Below, piece by piece: positions 51,191-64,000 of a stretch of 64,000 bases of DNA. Each line of letters begins with the position of its first letter. The stretch's first letter is position 1. The position numbers were made by a program, and so were the translations under genes. Where the stretch lies: positions 71,612,001-71,676,000 of the forward strand of contig NC_045697.1 in the NCBI RefSeq assembly GCF_009834535.1. The letters are read 5' to 3'. This DNA comes from Camelus ferus (taxonomy: Eukaryota). A model generated the notes under the pieces. The model worked only from the letters and a program-made list of their open reading frames with translations. It did not search any database and was not told the DNA's origin.

Positions 51191-52879
51191 TCCATTAGGT
51201 TTTATAGAATAGTTTACCTAAACCAGCTTAATTATCTGCTTCCTAAATCATTTCGCCTTTTTTGGATAGGTACTAAATCCCAGCACATACCCTCATAAAG
51301 GTACAGTTTCCAGAGCATCACCTAAAACAGTGACTTGAAGAGCAATTCAGATGAAAAATCCAAAGCCCAATTTGGGAAGATAATTAGAATTCAGGTACTA
51401 GTGTTAGAAAAACTAGTAATTCCTATTTAACTGAGATCATTAAAACCTTTAAGACTTCCATCTTACTTACAAGTGTCTAGGGGCAACAATAAAGTTAACT
51501 TTGTATAAGAACAACCAGATACAATATAAAAACCAGATTTGCTCAAAATGCTTAAAGAACATAGCAATTATGATCAAAACATTAGGGTCCTATTTATTAA
51601 AAGAGTTTTTGAAATGGGACCAAATAATTTTTATTAATTGTATTTCTTAATGGTAAAAAGGTATCTTTGTGTTGCATGTATTTTTCATCCTACAGGTTTT
51701 ACTTTATACCTGTTGAAATCTTACATTCATCTTCATGTTAGGTGCTCTTTATTTCCAGTTTTTCTTGAATTGTTATATCACTCAATCTTTGGTGTACTGC
51801 CTGCAAAATTTATTGCTGTGTGAAGCCAGATGGGGTTGGGGCGAGGGGAGATATGGACTGAGGGAACTCATATCATGAGGAATTTCCCATAAAGGCTGGT
51901 TTCTTCATGAAATTGGAACTCAAGCTCTAGCAGTTGTCTCCCTTAAAAGTTCTCAGGGGCTTCTCCCTTTCTGAGAGATACTGGGAACTCCCAGGCCTTC
52001 CAGTAATTTTTTTTTTTTAGGTCCTTCTCACCCTCAAATGACTAATGGACATTTCCCTTCCTCTTTTCATCAGCTCCTATTGAAAAGAGGTACAAATGTA
52101 CCTGGTTTCTAAACTATAGTTCACCATAACGCCAGTGTTACCTAAGACAGACCCTTGCTACAAACTTCCAGTGCTCACAGGGTAAGGTCCAAACTCCTGT
52201 GAATGACACACAAGACTTAAGGGTCACAAATTGTTTCCGACATCAGCTCCTGCTACAGCTTGCCTCCTTGTCTTCTCAGCTCTCTCTGTGGCTCCTGTGT
52301 TCCAGCCTCAGGATTGCTCCCTCTTCTAGAACATTGTGGCAGTTCCCCCCACTGCCCCTTCTTTAAGGCATGGGCACTGTGTTCTTTATCTTTGCATGCG
52401 CAGTGACTTCACACAACTGGTTCCTGACACATGCAACACAACTGACGCTTATTACTTTAAAAATGGGTAAACATAATGATTACTTCTTTCTAGTGCTATT
52501 TGAAAAAAAAAGTAAAAAACTATAGTATATGCATATAAATAAGATAGAGAAATGAAAACTGCCCTTTTAAAGTACACATTTATTTATAAAACTGTAGAAA
52601 TGAATCTGATGCTTATAAAAGTAAAGAACTCTCAGAGGTCCATAATACTGGAAAAGTGAAGAATTTGTGCTTCTGAACTTTTCTTCATGTCCTACTTAGG
52701 CATGAACTCCATGTTAACATACTTCATTACTGACTTTTAACAGCTGTAAAATTCCAGATTTCAGTCTTACCTTTCTTTTGAATGTTAAGGAAATATTTAC
52801 CACTCAAAAATGACTAAGATCTTACCTCTCTTTCAAAAGGCTGCACAATATCTTTCATTTTGCTTCCTGGAAAGTGTCA

Positions 52880-53060
52880 GTGTGGCATAAGAGAAATAAC
52901 TCTGGCCAGGGCAGGAGCAGGAGTTAGATTCTTTGACTGAATCAGCAATCACTTACTTCACGAGAGCTCATTTTCCTTAATGCTAGAGGAATTTCCTCAT
53001 GTGAACAATGAAAAAGCTAGAGTATACGACTTTCAAGGTCATTTCTAACTCAAATATTTC
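52880..53060 (+). mobile_element. MIR3/MIR-like SINE
   Basis: 'tttcctcatgtgaacaatgaaaaagctagag...ttcaaggtcatttctaactc'. Confidence 0.55.
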
Positions 53061-53316
53061 ATAATTGTATGCCAAGAAAAAATACTTACTTAGGTTGGGA
53101 ATTAAGACTGTTCTTCGTTAAAGAGGATTGACTTGCAAATGCATGGACTCTCCGTGTAGCCCTTATTTCCATTTTATTTGCATTTATTCTTAGCCCCCCT
53201 CTTCCCTAGAGAAGAACGAAGTGATGTGAGCTTCCTGTGTCTTTGATCCATTTTATTACTTGTTCAATATTTCTGATGAAAGACTTGTAATCAGAGAAAG
53301 AACAGTCAAATAAAAT

Positions 53317-53392
53317 GCAATTTGGAGATTGATTTTTGGAGATTTTGCAATTTGGAGATTTACAATTTGGAGATTCATTTATTTGGGGATTT
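53317..53392. repeat. Five-copy degenerate minisatellite of about 15 bp with core TTTGGAGATT
   Basis: Cores at 53321, 53335, 53351, 53366 and 53382 (the last reads TTTGGGGATT). Confidence 0.9.
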
Positions 53393-54609
53393 ATGTTTGT
53401 ACTCCTTGTTAGAATGGACCAATAAGAACAAGGCATATCTATTGAACTTTGTATGTTACTGATAAAATAAGCAGCACTTCCTTTGTGCTGTATCTCCACC
53501 TGTCGTAATGGTGAAGCAAAGGTTAGTGATGCCTGATGAGGGTGGTCCAGACTTAATGTTTATACTCACCTCAGTCACAAATCATTGAATCAAACAGGAG
53601 CATAATCCCACTTAGTACACCCATCCACTTATTCAGAGAAAAACAGATAAATTAGTAAACTTTAACGGCAGATACCACAGCTGTTTTAAGAAAAAAAAAA
53701 ACTTCTGAGTGCAGGTACTTAGCCATTAACACAGCTATATTGTTGTTTCTCTACAATTCTTTATCTTGTAAACCATCTCAGTCCATTTTCCTGGTTACTG
53801 GTCCCATCTGTTTTAGCTTATGTTTAGCTACTGTTTAGAACATATTTTATTAATGACTTCTTAATCTTTAGTTTTTGCTCACTTGGTGGAAATAAACACT
53901 TCCTTTGATTTTTATTTCTTCCATCCTAAAGCTTCTCTTTTGCTTCTTACATCCCCTCTCTTCCTGTCACTGGGACTGGTTTTGACTGACCTTTTCAGAG
54001 GATGTCTGTGTGCTGGTGTGAGTGCTGCCTGTAACTAACCCCATCCAAGTACAGCTGTCTGCTCTTTTACTGTCTGGTTCTTTAGAAGGTTCAGATCTTC
54101 AACTATAAGGAACATTTTTAAGCAATCCAGAAAAACAGAGCACAAGTCAAACACAGTTATCAATGTTCCTTCATCGCTTGTATTCATAACAAGATAATTA
54201 GAGGAAATTAGAGAACCTGGCTCTGATAGGAACAAACCCCAAATCATCAATAACCCTTTGGAATTAGAGGACAAAAAACCTTGTGGCAAAAATACGTATG
54301 TTTGAATTTGCTAAAAGTCATTATGCATTCTTGTGGGTCTCTTTACTGATAATGTTTATAGTATCAGCAATAAGATAAAGAAATAAAATGGAATATAATT
54401 TGGGAAGTCTAAATTGTGTTAGCATGCATGAAATATGCTGCTACACTAAACAGTATCAAGACACAGGAAATGAAGTAAGAGAAATCTTTGACAAGGAAAA
54501 TTCAGCTTCTAGGAATTTATTATTTTTTTCCCAGAGGTCAGCCATTTAGTCTTATCAGTCTTATTAAGTAGCAACACACAGACAAATATATGTCAGTTAT
54601 GCTCAAGTT

Positions 54610-55813
54610 CCTCCCAACAAATCTGATGATCATTTTTTTCATTCAATTTAACTTGACCTTTCAGCAGCCATTAACACCGTTGATCAAACTCACTTTCTTG
54701 ACATAAATGTTTTCCTTAGCTTCCAGGAAGACACATGTACCTGGTTTTCTTCTTACACCCTTTGCATTTCCTTGTCAGTATCCTTGGCAATCTCTTCTTT
54801 CTAGATCTAGAAAATAAAGTTTCAAATAAGTCAAATTTTGATGCTGAGGCACCTTTTTTTTTTTTTATTTTTGGATAAATACTCCCTCTGCAGGTTATCT
54901 CATTAAGGTGGATTTCCTTTAAGCCCATCTTTCACTGTTCTCTGACCCAGGAAATGACATTTCATCAGTCTAGTTTAAAAGCCAGAAACCTAAGAGCCTC
55001 CCCAGTGCCTTGTACTCTCTTGCCCGACAGGTTCTATCCATTACTAAGCCGTAGCAGTTTTACTTTTTGAACATTGCTCACTCATCTCCCCATCTCTCCA
55101 GTTCTAGCACTTTAGTCCACTGCTTTTCCTGTTGCCTGCATGGCTAGGATAGCCTCCTACCCAGGCCCCTCCCGTGTGTTCCTGCGCACATCCTCCTTAT
55201 CTCAAGTCCCTGGTTTGTGAGGTTCTTTAGAAACAAAGACCTCAGCATGTAATTCTCCTGCTCAAACACTTCAATAGATTCCAGTCATTGTATGGATTAA
55301 AAAAATCTTTAACATGAATATGGCCTCGCAGACACTGTCCCTCTCTCTCTCCAGCTTGATCTTTGTCCTCTTCCTCACCTCTGCACTTCAGAAACACTGG
55401 TCTGCTTTTGGTTCCTGAGCCTTTAGTCCTAATCTCCTGCCACAGGGCCTGCCTTTCTATATACTCCTCTGTCTTGAACACTCTTCCCTTCCACCTTCCC
55501 TATCATTGTCTTCACCTGTTAAGTCTAATTCATCCTGCAAATGTTAATCCAGCATCTCTTCCTCAGTGGAGCCTTCCCTGATCCATACATCTCCCTGTAT
55601 ATCTCTTTGCAACACTAATCACATTCTAATTTGACATCTATGTGTGTGATATTTCTCAAATTACCCCTCATTATCTACTTCTCATTATCTCCCTCTCATT
55701 AGACTCCAAGGTCAGTAAGGGCAGAGATGCTATGGGTTCCCTGTTTCATCTCCAGAACCAACTGCACTGCAGACACATGGATGCTCAATACATATTTTGT
55801 TGAGTGAAAGAAT
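54610..55813 (+). mobile_element. L2 (L2a-like) 3' 1.2 kb
   Basis: 'acttgacctttcagcagccattaacaccgttgatca' (LDLSAAFDTVDH-like RT motif). Ends 'atgctcaatacatattttgttgagtgaaagaat'. Confidence 0.85.
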
Positions 55814-56529
55814 CTGATACATTAAGTTTCCCATCCAACCTCAAGTGACCCCTTTTTCCCACAGTCACTGGCTTCCTATCGCTCAGGCACAGCCCTTTTT
55901 AAGAAGGTTATTGGACTCGTCACTAAGTAGTGCTGCTTTTGACTGAAGTCGAAAGAGCAGGGCAAAGAAGGGAAGGACCTCAAAGGAAAAAAATCAAATG
56001 AACATAAAACGAAGAGATTAAGTCTGTCGTCTAGCTTGGAAACTAGCATCTAAAGCAACCCAAAACAGTAATTCCCAGAATGTGGGGGGAAATCATGGCA
56101 TCAGTTAGAGAAGGTTTTTTTTGAAAGACATTTCTTTGAATATGTTAGTGCAGTATTTGTTTCAAAACTGCCTTACTTTACTACATATTTAACAGTAAGT
56201 TGTTACAAAATGATTGCCAAAGGGACGTAAAAGTGAGAAAAGACATGGTTCTTATGATTGCTGTATCTAATGCTGACACTAGAAAAGCTTTGTTTATTTG
56301 TTTGCCTGTTTATTAATGTCATATCTCCATTGATTTATCTGTTCAAGTTTGGTCAAAGTAAATTTTTGAGGCTTTTTGACATTATCTGAGGGGGGGGGTT
56401 AAGTTGAAAAATTCAGCACAATCAAGCTTCAATCAATGGTCTAGAAGACAGTTTTCCTTTTTTCTAATTTTTAATCAGATTGCCTTTACATAATCATGAT
56501 GTTTATGCATTTTTCATGACTGATGGAGA

Positions 56530-57010
56530 TGGCAGAGACTGCTAGCTTTCCCCCAGTATTTCCTTTCCCTTTCTTACATAGTAATACAACTTTTATCTGG
56601 GCACATGACCACCAGGTAACTACTATACTTCCTAACTCCCTTGCCGCTAGGCATAGCCATGTAACTAACTAATGGCTAATGGCATGTCAGTGGAAATGAT
56701 ATGTACAAATTTCTGATCATGGCCTCTCTTAAAAGAAGGGTAGAGTCATGCTCTCCCCCTCACTGACTTTTTCCTTTGACTGGCTGCAGTGCTAACAAGG
56801 GACTGATAGGTAAGCCAACAAGAACCATGAAAATGATGTACAGGAGTGAAACAAAATAGAGCCAGATTTCCTAGTCAGGGAGTCAGGACATCAGCCCTGG
56901 ACTGCCTAATCCCAGAGTTTTATGTTAAAGAGAAATGGGCTTCTATCTTGTTTAAGCCACTGGCATTTTGGATATCTGTATTATAATATAAAACCTACAT
57001 TCTAGTTAAT
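56530..57010 (+). mobile_element. MLT1J-like MaLR LTR
   Basis: TGGCAGAGACTGCTAG...cccttgccgctaggcatagccatgtaact...cagccctggactgcct...cttctatcttgtttaagccactg. Confidence 0.8.
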
Positions 57011-57224
57011 TTTAAAGATATGCATTATTTAATTTAAGAATTTAGAAAGAAAAAACAAATGAAATTATTTGTTCAGTCAGTACAAAAGCCAGTTTGGGGA
57101 GCAAAGTCACCTCATTGACAGTTGCGCACTTTTCTAAATCACAATGATTACGTTTCATGAATTATTATAGCTGAGCTCACATCAGAGTATTTAGAGAAAA
57201 TGGAATTAATATTTACTGGAGATT

Positions 57225-57350
57225 CTACATATTTACTCATTTAAACTTCTCAGTAGTTCTGTCAGGTAAGTATTAGTTAAGTCCACAGCTCATAAGTCCT
57301 GGAGCAGGCATTTCAACACAGGTTTTTCAGATCTCAAAACATACATTCTT
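57225..57350 (-). mobile_element. MIR fragment
   Basis: 'actcatttaaacttctcagtagttctgtcaggtaagtatta...ggagcaggcatttcaacacagg'. Confidence 0.6.
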
Positions 57351-58134
57351 CTTGTAATAATTACTTTCAAGTTATTTAAAGAGATTCTACAACCATGTGA
57401 ATACCTAATCAATAATAAATATAAAGTATTTTAAGGGGGTGTTAAATTGCATCATTTTATATTCTTACATTTATTTTTGTCTATGTAGTCACAGACGTTG
57501 AAATTCTAACAACTGACTCACTCAGAACTTAATTGAAAAATTAATCTGACGAAGGAAAATACCTTTTTCTTAGCCCAATTCACTTATTTAGATTATTCTT
57601 TTACATTAACTGTTCGGACTTGAATACTCATAAAATAAAAAAGAAAAGGCTTTTTATAACCTTAGAAAGTATTTGCTTAGCTCTTTGACCTATCATTCTC
57701 TTTACAAGCTGTAGGAGGAAATGTTGTTTAAGATATGTTATGTAAACTATGTATCAGATTCTCCTTGAAATGGCTATCTTGGCTCGCTTTCACAGCACCC
57801 ATTATGAACAATGGAACAAACGAAGTGACTTTTTTCTTTTTCACTAGTGAAACTTAAACAAGCATAGCAATTTGTTATAATAAGAAAAACAAGATGGTTT
57901 TAGCTCAACCATTGACTTTCCTTTTAGGTACCTAAAGGTAAAGAGTGAAATGCTGCAGCCTTTTGATGGATTTTGTCTCCTATTAGGGATATGTCACAAC
58001 CCTCCTATGGTTATTTCATTGTTTCTTTTATTAATCAAGATTCTTTATCATTACTGTATTTCTCTACCAGAATTAAAAAATTAGTATTCTGTGGCAAACT
58101 TTATAGGTTTCTTCACCCAATCCCAATATTTAAA

Positions 58135-58420
58135 ATCCCTTTCCCTTGCCTATTTCTACTACTGAAGCTGAGAAATCCAGATTCTCACATTTTTTAACCA
58201 CCATGCAGCTGGAGGTGGTCATGTGAGGCAGTTCTAGACAATGAGACCAAGGAGACATCTTTAGAGCTCTTGCTCTAAAAAAAGGAAAAGAATAGATCTG
58301 GTTGACAGTAACCAGCTTCCCCATTTCCCCTCCATGTATGCCCTTTCCTCCATCTTTTGGCTAAACATGAATATGATGTTTGGAACTGCAGTGTCCATTG
58401 TGAAACCATGGGACCATGAT
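58135..58420 (+). mobile_element. Old MaLR/ERVL LTR fragment
   Basis: 'gcagctggaggtggtcatgtgaggcagttctagacaatgagac'. Confidence 0.6.
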
Positions 58421-58489
58421 TTATTCTTTATTTTTCTTAAATACTATTTCAGATTTTATTCTTCCCTCCATGACTAGAATGTAGCATGA

Positions 58490-58715
58490 AATGCAGTGTG
58501 TTTAGAATGTGAAGCTGTAAGTTAAAGTCCTTATTCAGCTACTTATTGGCTCTGCAATTTTGGGTGTTACTGATTTTTTTGTACCGTGATTGTAACATCT
58601 TTAAAAATAGGCATTAAAAAAAACTCTACCATGCAGGAATGTTATAAACATTAGAGATAAATTACATAAAGCCTAGTGCATTGTAAGTGCTTAACATGTG
58701 GTAGTTATTATTACT
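58490..58715 (+). mobile_element. MIR SINE
   Basis: 'catctttaaaaataggc...gaatgttataaacattagagataa...taagtgcttaacatgtggtagttattatt'. Confidence 0.7.
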
Positions 58716-58984
58716 ACTTAAAAGTCTTTGAGTCTGTTTCATGGTATACATTTATCCTACACCTACAACATACATCTTCTCACATCAGTCCATACATCTG
58801 AAGTATCTCCCAACTGCTTACATTCCAGCGCCCCAAAATCCTTTGAAGGACAGTCTCTCAATGCTGTCCTGCCCAGTGTTCACACCTCTCATCCAAGAAA
58901 GGGGCGAATCAGACTTTGAAGGGGTGCTGCTATGATGATAGCTATTCCTCTCGAGGAATTCAGCATTGTGTAATGAGTATCTTT

Positions 58985-61888
58985 AATTTTTTCTGGTTAG
59001 TATTTAAACTTTTAATTATTACAAATTATAGATTCACATATATTTGGAAGAAATAATAGAGATTATGCATTTGGTAGTTTGTGTTTTGCAGGAAATTGGT
59101 CCATTTCATCTAGCTTGTCAATGTTATACGTGTAGAGTTGTTCAGAGTGCTCCTTTATTATCCTCTCGAGGTCCACAGGGTCTATAGTGATATCTCTTCT
59201 TTCATTCAGACATTTGTCATTTGTATGTTCTCTCTTTTTTCAGACTTTGAAAAAAGTCTTGCTAGAGAATTGTCAATGTTATTGATCTTTTAAATGAATC
59301 ATCTCCTTGTTATACTGATGTTCTTTTCTATTTTTATATTTTCAATTTAATTGATTTCTACGCTATATTTATTATTTTCTTCTTTCTGCTTGCTTAGAGT
59401 TTATTGTAATATTTTTCTGGATTGTTGAAGTGCAAGCCTAGATAATTGATTTGAGATTTTTTCCTCTTTTTTAATGTGTGTATTTTGTGCTATAAAATTT
59501 TCTTTCAACTCTGCTTTAGCTGTGTTCCACAAATTTTCATGTGTTGCATTTCACCTTTATTGAGTTTAATGTATTTTTTTTTATTTCCCTTGAGATTTCT
59601 TCTTTGATTCTGGATTTTTTTAGAAGTGTACTGCTTGTTTTCCATGTTTGGAGATTTTCCTGTTACCTTTCTGTTACTCATTTCTACTTTGATTGCACAT
59701 AGTTGGGAAAACCCATTCTATATGATTTAAATTATTTTAGATTTGCTGAGACTTGTTTATATCCCAGGATATGATCTGTCACAGTTTATATTCTATGGGC
59801 ACTTGGAGATAATGCATATTCTGCTATTGTTGGATGGAATGTTTTTTAAAATGCTGTGTAGTTCCTTGTTGTTATATCAGTCATTGGATGATGGTGTGTT
59901 GAGTTCTGTATTTTTCCTTATTTTCTTCCCACTTCCTTTATCAATTTTTGAAAGAGATATTTATGTCTCCAACTATGGTATAAATTTGTCTATTTCTTCT
60001 ATTAGTTCTGTCAGTTTTTAACCTCACATATTTGCAGCTTTGTTACATACGCATTTAGGATTATTATGTCTTTGGTGGATTGACCCTTTTATCATTATAT
60101 AATGTCTCTTTCTGTTTCTGGTAATCTTTACTCCAATGTCTCTTTTATCTAATATTAATATATAGCTACTCATGCTTTCCTTTGCAATGATCCCATGATA
60201 TATTGTTTTTTATCCTTTTACTTTCATCTGCCCATACTGTCTATTTGAAGTAAGTTTGCCCATACTGCTTATTTGAAGTAAGTTTCTTACAGAGAGCATA
60301 TAATTAGATCATGTGTTTTAATCCACTCTACTAGTCTCCATCTTTTAATTGTTCTCTTTAGACTACTTATAGTTACTGTAAATATTCGTATGTTAGGGCT
60401 TTAGACTGCCATTTTATTTTTTGTTTTTAGTTTGCTTTCTGCTTTTCACTTATCTGAGTTTTCTTCCTTGAATTACTGTGTTTTACTTAAATATTTTTTA
60501 AGATTTCTATTTTGATTTATTTCTAGTATTATGAGTGCCTTTCTCTGCTTGTCTCTAGATAGTGCTCTAGATAGTGTTACATATTTATAACTTATCACGG
60601 TCTACCTATGTCCTCATTTTACCTGTTTGAGTGAAGTATTGAATTCTCACCTCCCTTACCTTCCCTCTACCCCTCCACCACTTATGATACAAATGCCTTA
60701 GATATTCCATCTACATACATTTAAAACCACCTCAGACAGTATTATAATTTTTGCTTCCCACCATCAAACATAATTTAGAATACTCATAATTTAGAGAAAG
60801 AAAGCCTATTGTGTTTACCTGTATTTTTTACTTACTGTGCTCTTTCTTCCTTCCTCCTGTTCCACAATTCTTTTATCATACCCTTACTGTTTAGAGAAAT
60901 TGTTTATTCATTATTTTAGGATATATCTGCTGGCAATAAATTTCATAAGTTTTCCATCAATCTGTAGAATGTCCTAATTTCCCTTCTCTCCTGAAGGATG
61001 GCTTTGCTGGGCATAAGATTCTTGGTTGACAGTTCTTTTAGCACTCGACAAATATTGTCCCATTTTCTGGCAGCTATGGTTACTTCAGTGTTTCTGATTG
61101 TTTTTACACTGTAAGTTAGGTTTTGTTTCTTTCTCACTTATTTCAGAATTTTTCTTTGTCTTTAATTTTCAGAAGTATAATTATGGTGTCTCTTGGCAGG
61201 GAAATCTTTGGGTTTAACCTATGTGTGGTTTGCTCAGTTTCTTGAACCTATAGCTTTGTCTCTTACTAAATTCAGGATGTTTTCAGTCATTATTTCTTTG
61301 TGTACTTTTTCATCCCTACCCTCTTTCTCCTCTCTTCCTGGGACTCTATAATCACATAAATGTAAAACCTTTGTTATAATCTCACAGGTCTCTGACACCC
61401 TATTTTTTCCAGTCCATTTTCTCTCTGTTGTACAGATTGAGTATTTTTTATTGTTCTGTCTTTAAGTTTAATGTCTTTTCCTCCGTCCTTTCCATTCTGC
61501 TGTTGAGCCCATCCACGGAAGTTTTATTTTGACTATTGTATTTTTCAGTTCTAAAATTTCAAATAGATTGTTTTTTTACTTTCTATTACTTTGTTGAGAT
61601 GTCCTATTTCCATGCTGAGGCACTTTATTTTTTATTTATTTTGAGAACGATATATTTGCTTGTTGCAGAATTTTTATCATGAATGTTTTAAAATCTATGT
61701 CAGATAATTATAAAATTCTTCTCATCTGGTGTTGGCATTTATTGATTGCCTCTTTTCATTCAGTTAAGAGATCTTTCTGATTCTTGGTATAACAATTGAT
61801 TTTCTATTGAAATATGAAATTTCAGTTGTATTGAAGGAGAAGAAAAGAAGAAAGTCTAACTATTCCATCTTCCCAGAAGTAGAAGTGC
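58985..61888 (-). mobile_element. Old L1 (L1MC/MD-type): 5' end, ORF1, ORF2 endonuclease region and a short 3' remnant
   Basis: The minus-strand ORF 60943-61137 (ARKWDNICRVLKEL...MPSKAILQ...EIRTF) is the ORF1p C-terminal region. Antisense 5' end 'ctattccatcttcccagaagtagaagtg'. Confidence 0.88.
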
Positions 61889-63599
61889 ATAATTTTATGT
61901 ATCTTTTAAAATGAACGTTTTATGTATTCTTTCTCTTTTAGGAAGAAATACTCAGTATAATGAAGTTGTTTATCAGGAATAAGTATATATGTATATAACG
62001 TCTTCATATTAAAATAGAATTGTGATTTATAAATATATATGCAGTTTATTTTTAAGTACATCATCAATCCCACATTCCATCACAGGGTGCTGAAAAAATT
62101 CTCTTGGAAAAAGTCATGTATTTACTTCATCAGTATGAGTGTTATTATTTTGTAACTAGCCTTCTGTCTGTTTCATATCTTAGTCTTTTTCCACTTTCTT
62201 TTTCTACTGCTCTTGATAGGTATAGATCTATGTGTGCATGCGTATGTACATGTGTACATATTATTTGTGTATATTGAATTTTTCCTAAAACCAAACACTG
62301 TTGTCAATATAATTTTATCATTTTACTCTCCTCTTATTTTCATATTAAGTTGCTCATTAATAACTAACATCATAGGTTGGTTGTGCATTTTGCTGAACAA
62401 ATATTAGACTACTCCATTTTAATCTTTCTATTTGAAGAACAGTTGTGCCAATCTCAACAAGTATTCTTAGGATTGCACAATTTATTTTAAGGAGAGGAAA
62501 ATTTATTATTTTCAAATTTCAGTGCCAATGTTTAGAAATGATGCCCATTTTCATCCTTGGAATTTAAAAAGAAGCAAAACTACCCAAATCAGATTTTTCT
62601 ATTTAAAATATCTTCTGGGGAGAAATTTGGGGGGGGGGATTGTTTCTCGTAGCCATTTCTGTGATTTTTCACATCTTTGTTGTGTGTTCTATACCATTTA
62701 TTAATATGCAAGCATAATACTAGTAACATGATTATGAAATTGAAAACAGAAGTGATTAAACTGCTTATCAAAGGCTAGAATATTAAAGGGTATCTGCATT
62801 GTTTTTTTATTTAATTAGATGTCATTTTCTACATGGTGAGGTTTTTTGTTCTGATTCCAAAAACACTGCTATTTCATTTTAAAAGTTCAATGATATAAGC
62901 TGTAGCATTTCTCATATTAAAGTGTCATAGTGCCTCTGTGTGAGAAATTGTACTTCTGAGATTCCTCCTGGGAAGTCATGCTCTTTTGAATTCTCCTCTG
63001 TCTCAGAATTTCAGAGCTGAAGGAATCCCAGAGGTTATCTTGTGCCTAACTTATACAAGAGTATAGTAACTCTCTGACACACTAATCTCTACTCGTTAAA
63101 TCTTGTATACTTTGGGAAGAAATAGTAAGTTTATCTCTTTATGTAAAAATGCCAGTGACTAGATAATAGCCTGTGCAGAACTCTCATGTCCACTGACACA
63201 AATTTTTAAGAAAATTTACAAACTAATGTTAGGATTTTTATAAGTTCTTAATTGTTTTTATCAAGTCCTATAGCCAAAACATACTCTTTTTGAGCTTTAA
63301 GCTAAAGAATGTGCAAATATATTGCCAATAATGTTTTGCCCTACCATTCCTATCAAAGTCTTTTGAAAAGACTGAGTAATAACTATTCATATAAACTGAA
63401 AGACGAGGTCTCACTCGATATCAATATTCAACCACATAAGCAATCATAGTTATGCTGATATTTAAATAAGCTTAATTTAATCCACATAATAAACATTTTC
63501 ATGTTAAGTACTATAGGCTTTAAGTAACTTCTTGTTGCTTACACGATGAATTAAAAACTTCTTATCAGACATATAAGTCACTTTTTGAAATGCCCACTT

Positions 63600-63900
63600 C
63601 CTTCTAATTCTGCAGTCTTACGGAAATTCTTAACCAGGTCATGCTTCATGACATCTCCTTGACTATATACAATGTGTGCCTGTAGTCCAGAACTCCTTGT
63701 GTACATAGCAGTCTCAGCTTAGGTCACCTCTTCTGTAAGACCTTTCTTGACTGTTTCTTCCTCTGTAGAGCTAGCCACTTCCCCTTTGCCAGCACCGTCC
63801 CTGACCCATAGAGACTTCGTGTAAGAGTACCTGAAACACTGAGTTCATTGCCCACACACAATTACATGACCCTGAGTGCCCTGAAGGCAGAGCTTTTTGT
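63600..63900 (+). mobile_element. L2 fragment
   Basis: 'tctcagcttaggtcacctcttctgtaagacctttcttgac...tgagtgccctgaaggcagag'. Confidence 0.6.
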
Positions 63901-64000
63901 AAATCCCCTCCTTTGAAAAAAAAAAAAAATCCGCAATTAAGGGCTTCACATAGTTCATAGTTTTAAGTAGGTTAATGCTGGGTTTTGCTTTGCATCCCCC

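Noticed and set aside
14629..54729. Scattered GAS (TTCCNGGAA at 14629, 52864, 54721) and octamer motifs
   Set aside because: They are isolated, some lie in repeats, and their frequency is compatible with chance.
57171..57271. Perfect donor CAG|GTAAGT in an antisense MIR as a cryptic exon
   Set aside because: The upstream acceptor has a weak pyrimidine tract, and isolated donor matches are common in long introns.
61921..61990. Strong-looking acceptor (ttctttctcttttAG) as the next BANK1 exon
   Set aside because: The following sequence does not encode the expected NSIEELD-like peptide, and no good donor follows.
1..64000. A novel multi-gene system, CRISPR array, operon or foreign insert
   Set aside because: The window is explained by BANK1 exons, mammalian interspersed repeats and ordinary intron. 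I saw no long ORF (maximum 131 aa), no repeat-spacer array and no compositional break suggesting foreign DNA.

Overview
Mammalian, AT-rich, repeat-rich genomic DNA, most likely from a camelid (it has a Vic-1-like tRNA-derived SINE and I saw no Alu, Bov or PRE SINEs). The window lies inside the BANK1 gene (B-cell scaffold protein with ankyrin repeats 1) on the + strand. It holds three consecutive internal coding exons (30485-30639, 39398-39536, 48112-48251; 155, 139 and 140 nt). They have canonical AG/GT sites and splice into one open frame covering the post-TIR linker and the first part of the DBB domain, probably orthologous to human exons 3-5. Everything else is intron filled with L1, L2, MIR, hAT and Tigger DNA-transposon fossils, solo LTRs and simple repeats. 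Nearly all ORFs in the supplied track are spurious. I found no support for a new biological system. The best leads are a twin-primed inverted L1, nested insertions with target-site duplications, a lambda-B-like ETS-IRF motif next to the second exon, a candidate intronic enhancer and some local tandem duplications. Gene and repeat-family names come from recall of consensus sequences, not from database searches, and repeat boundaries are approximate unless a TSD or TIR is quoted.
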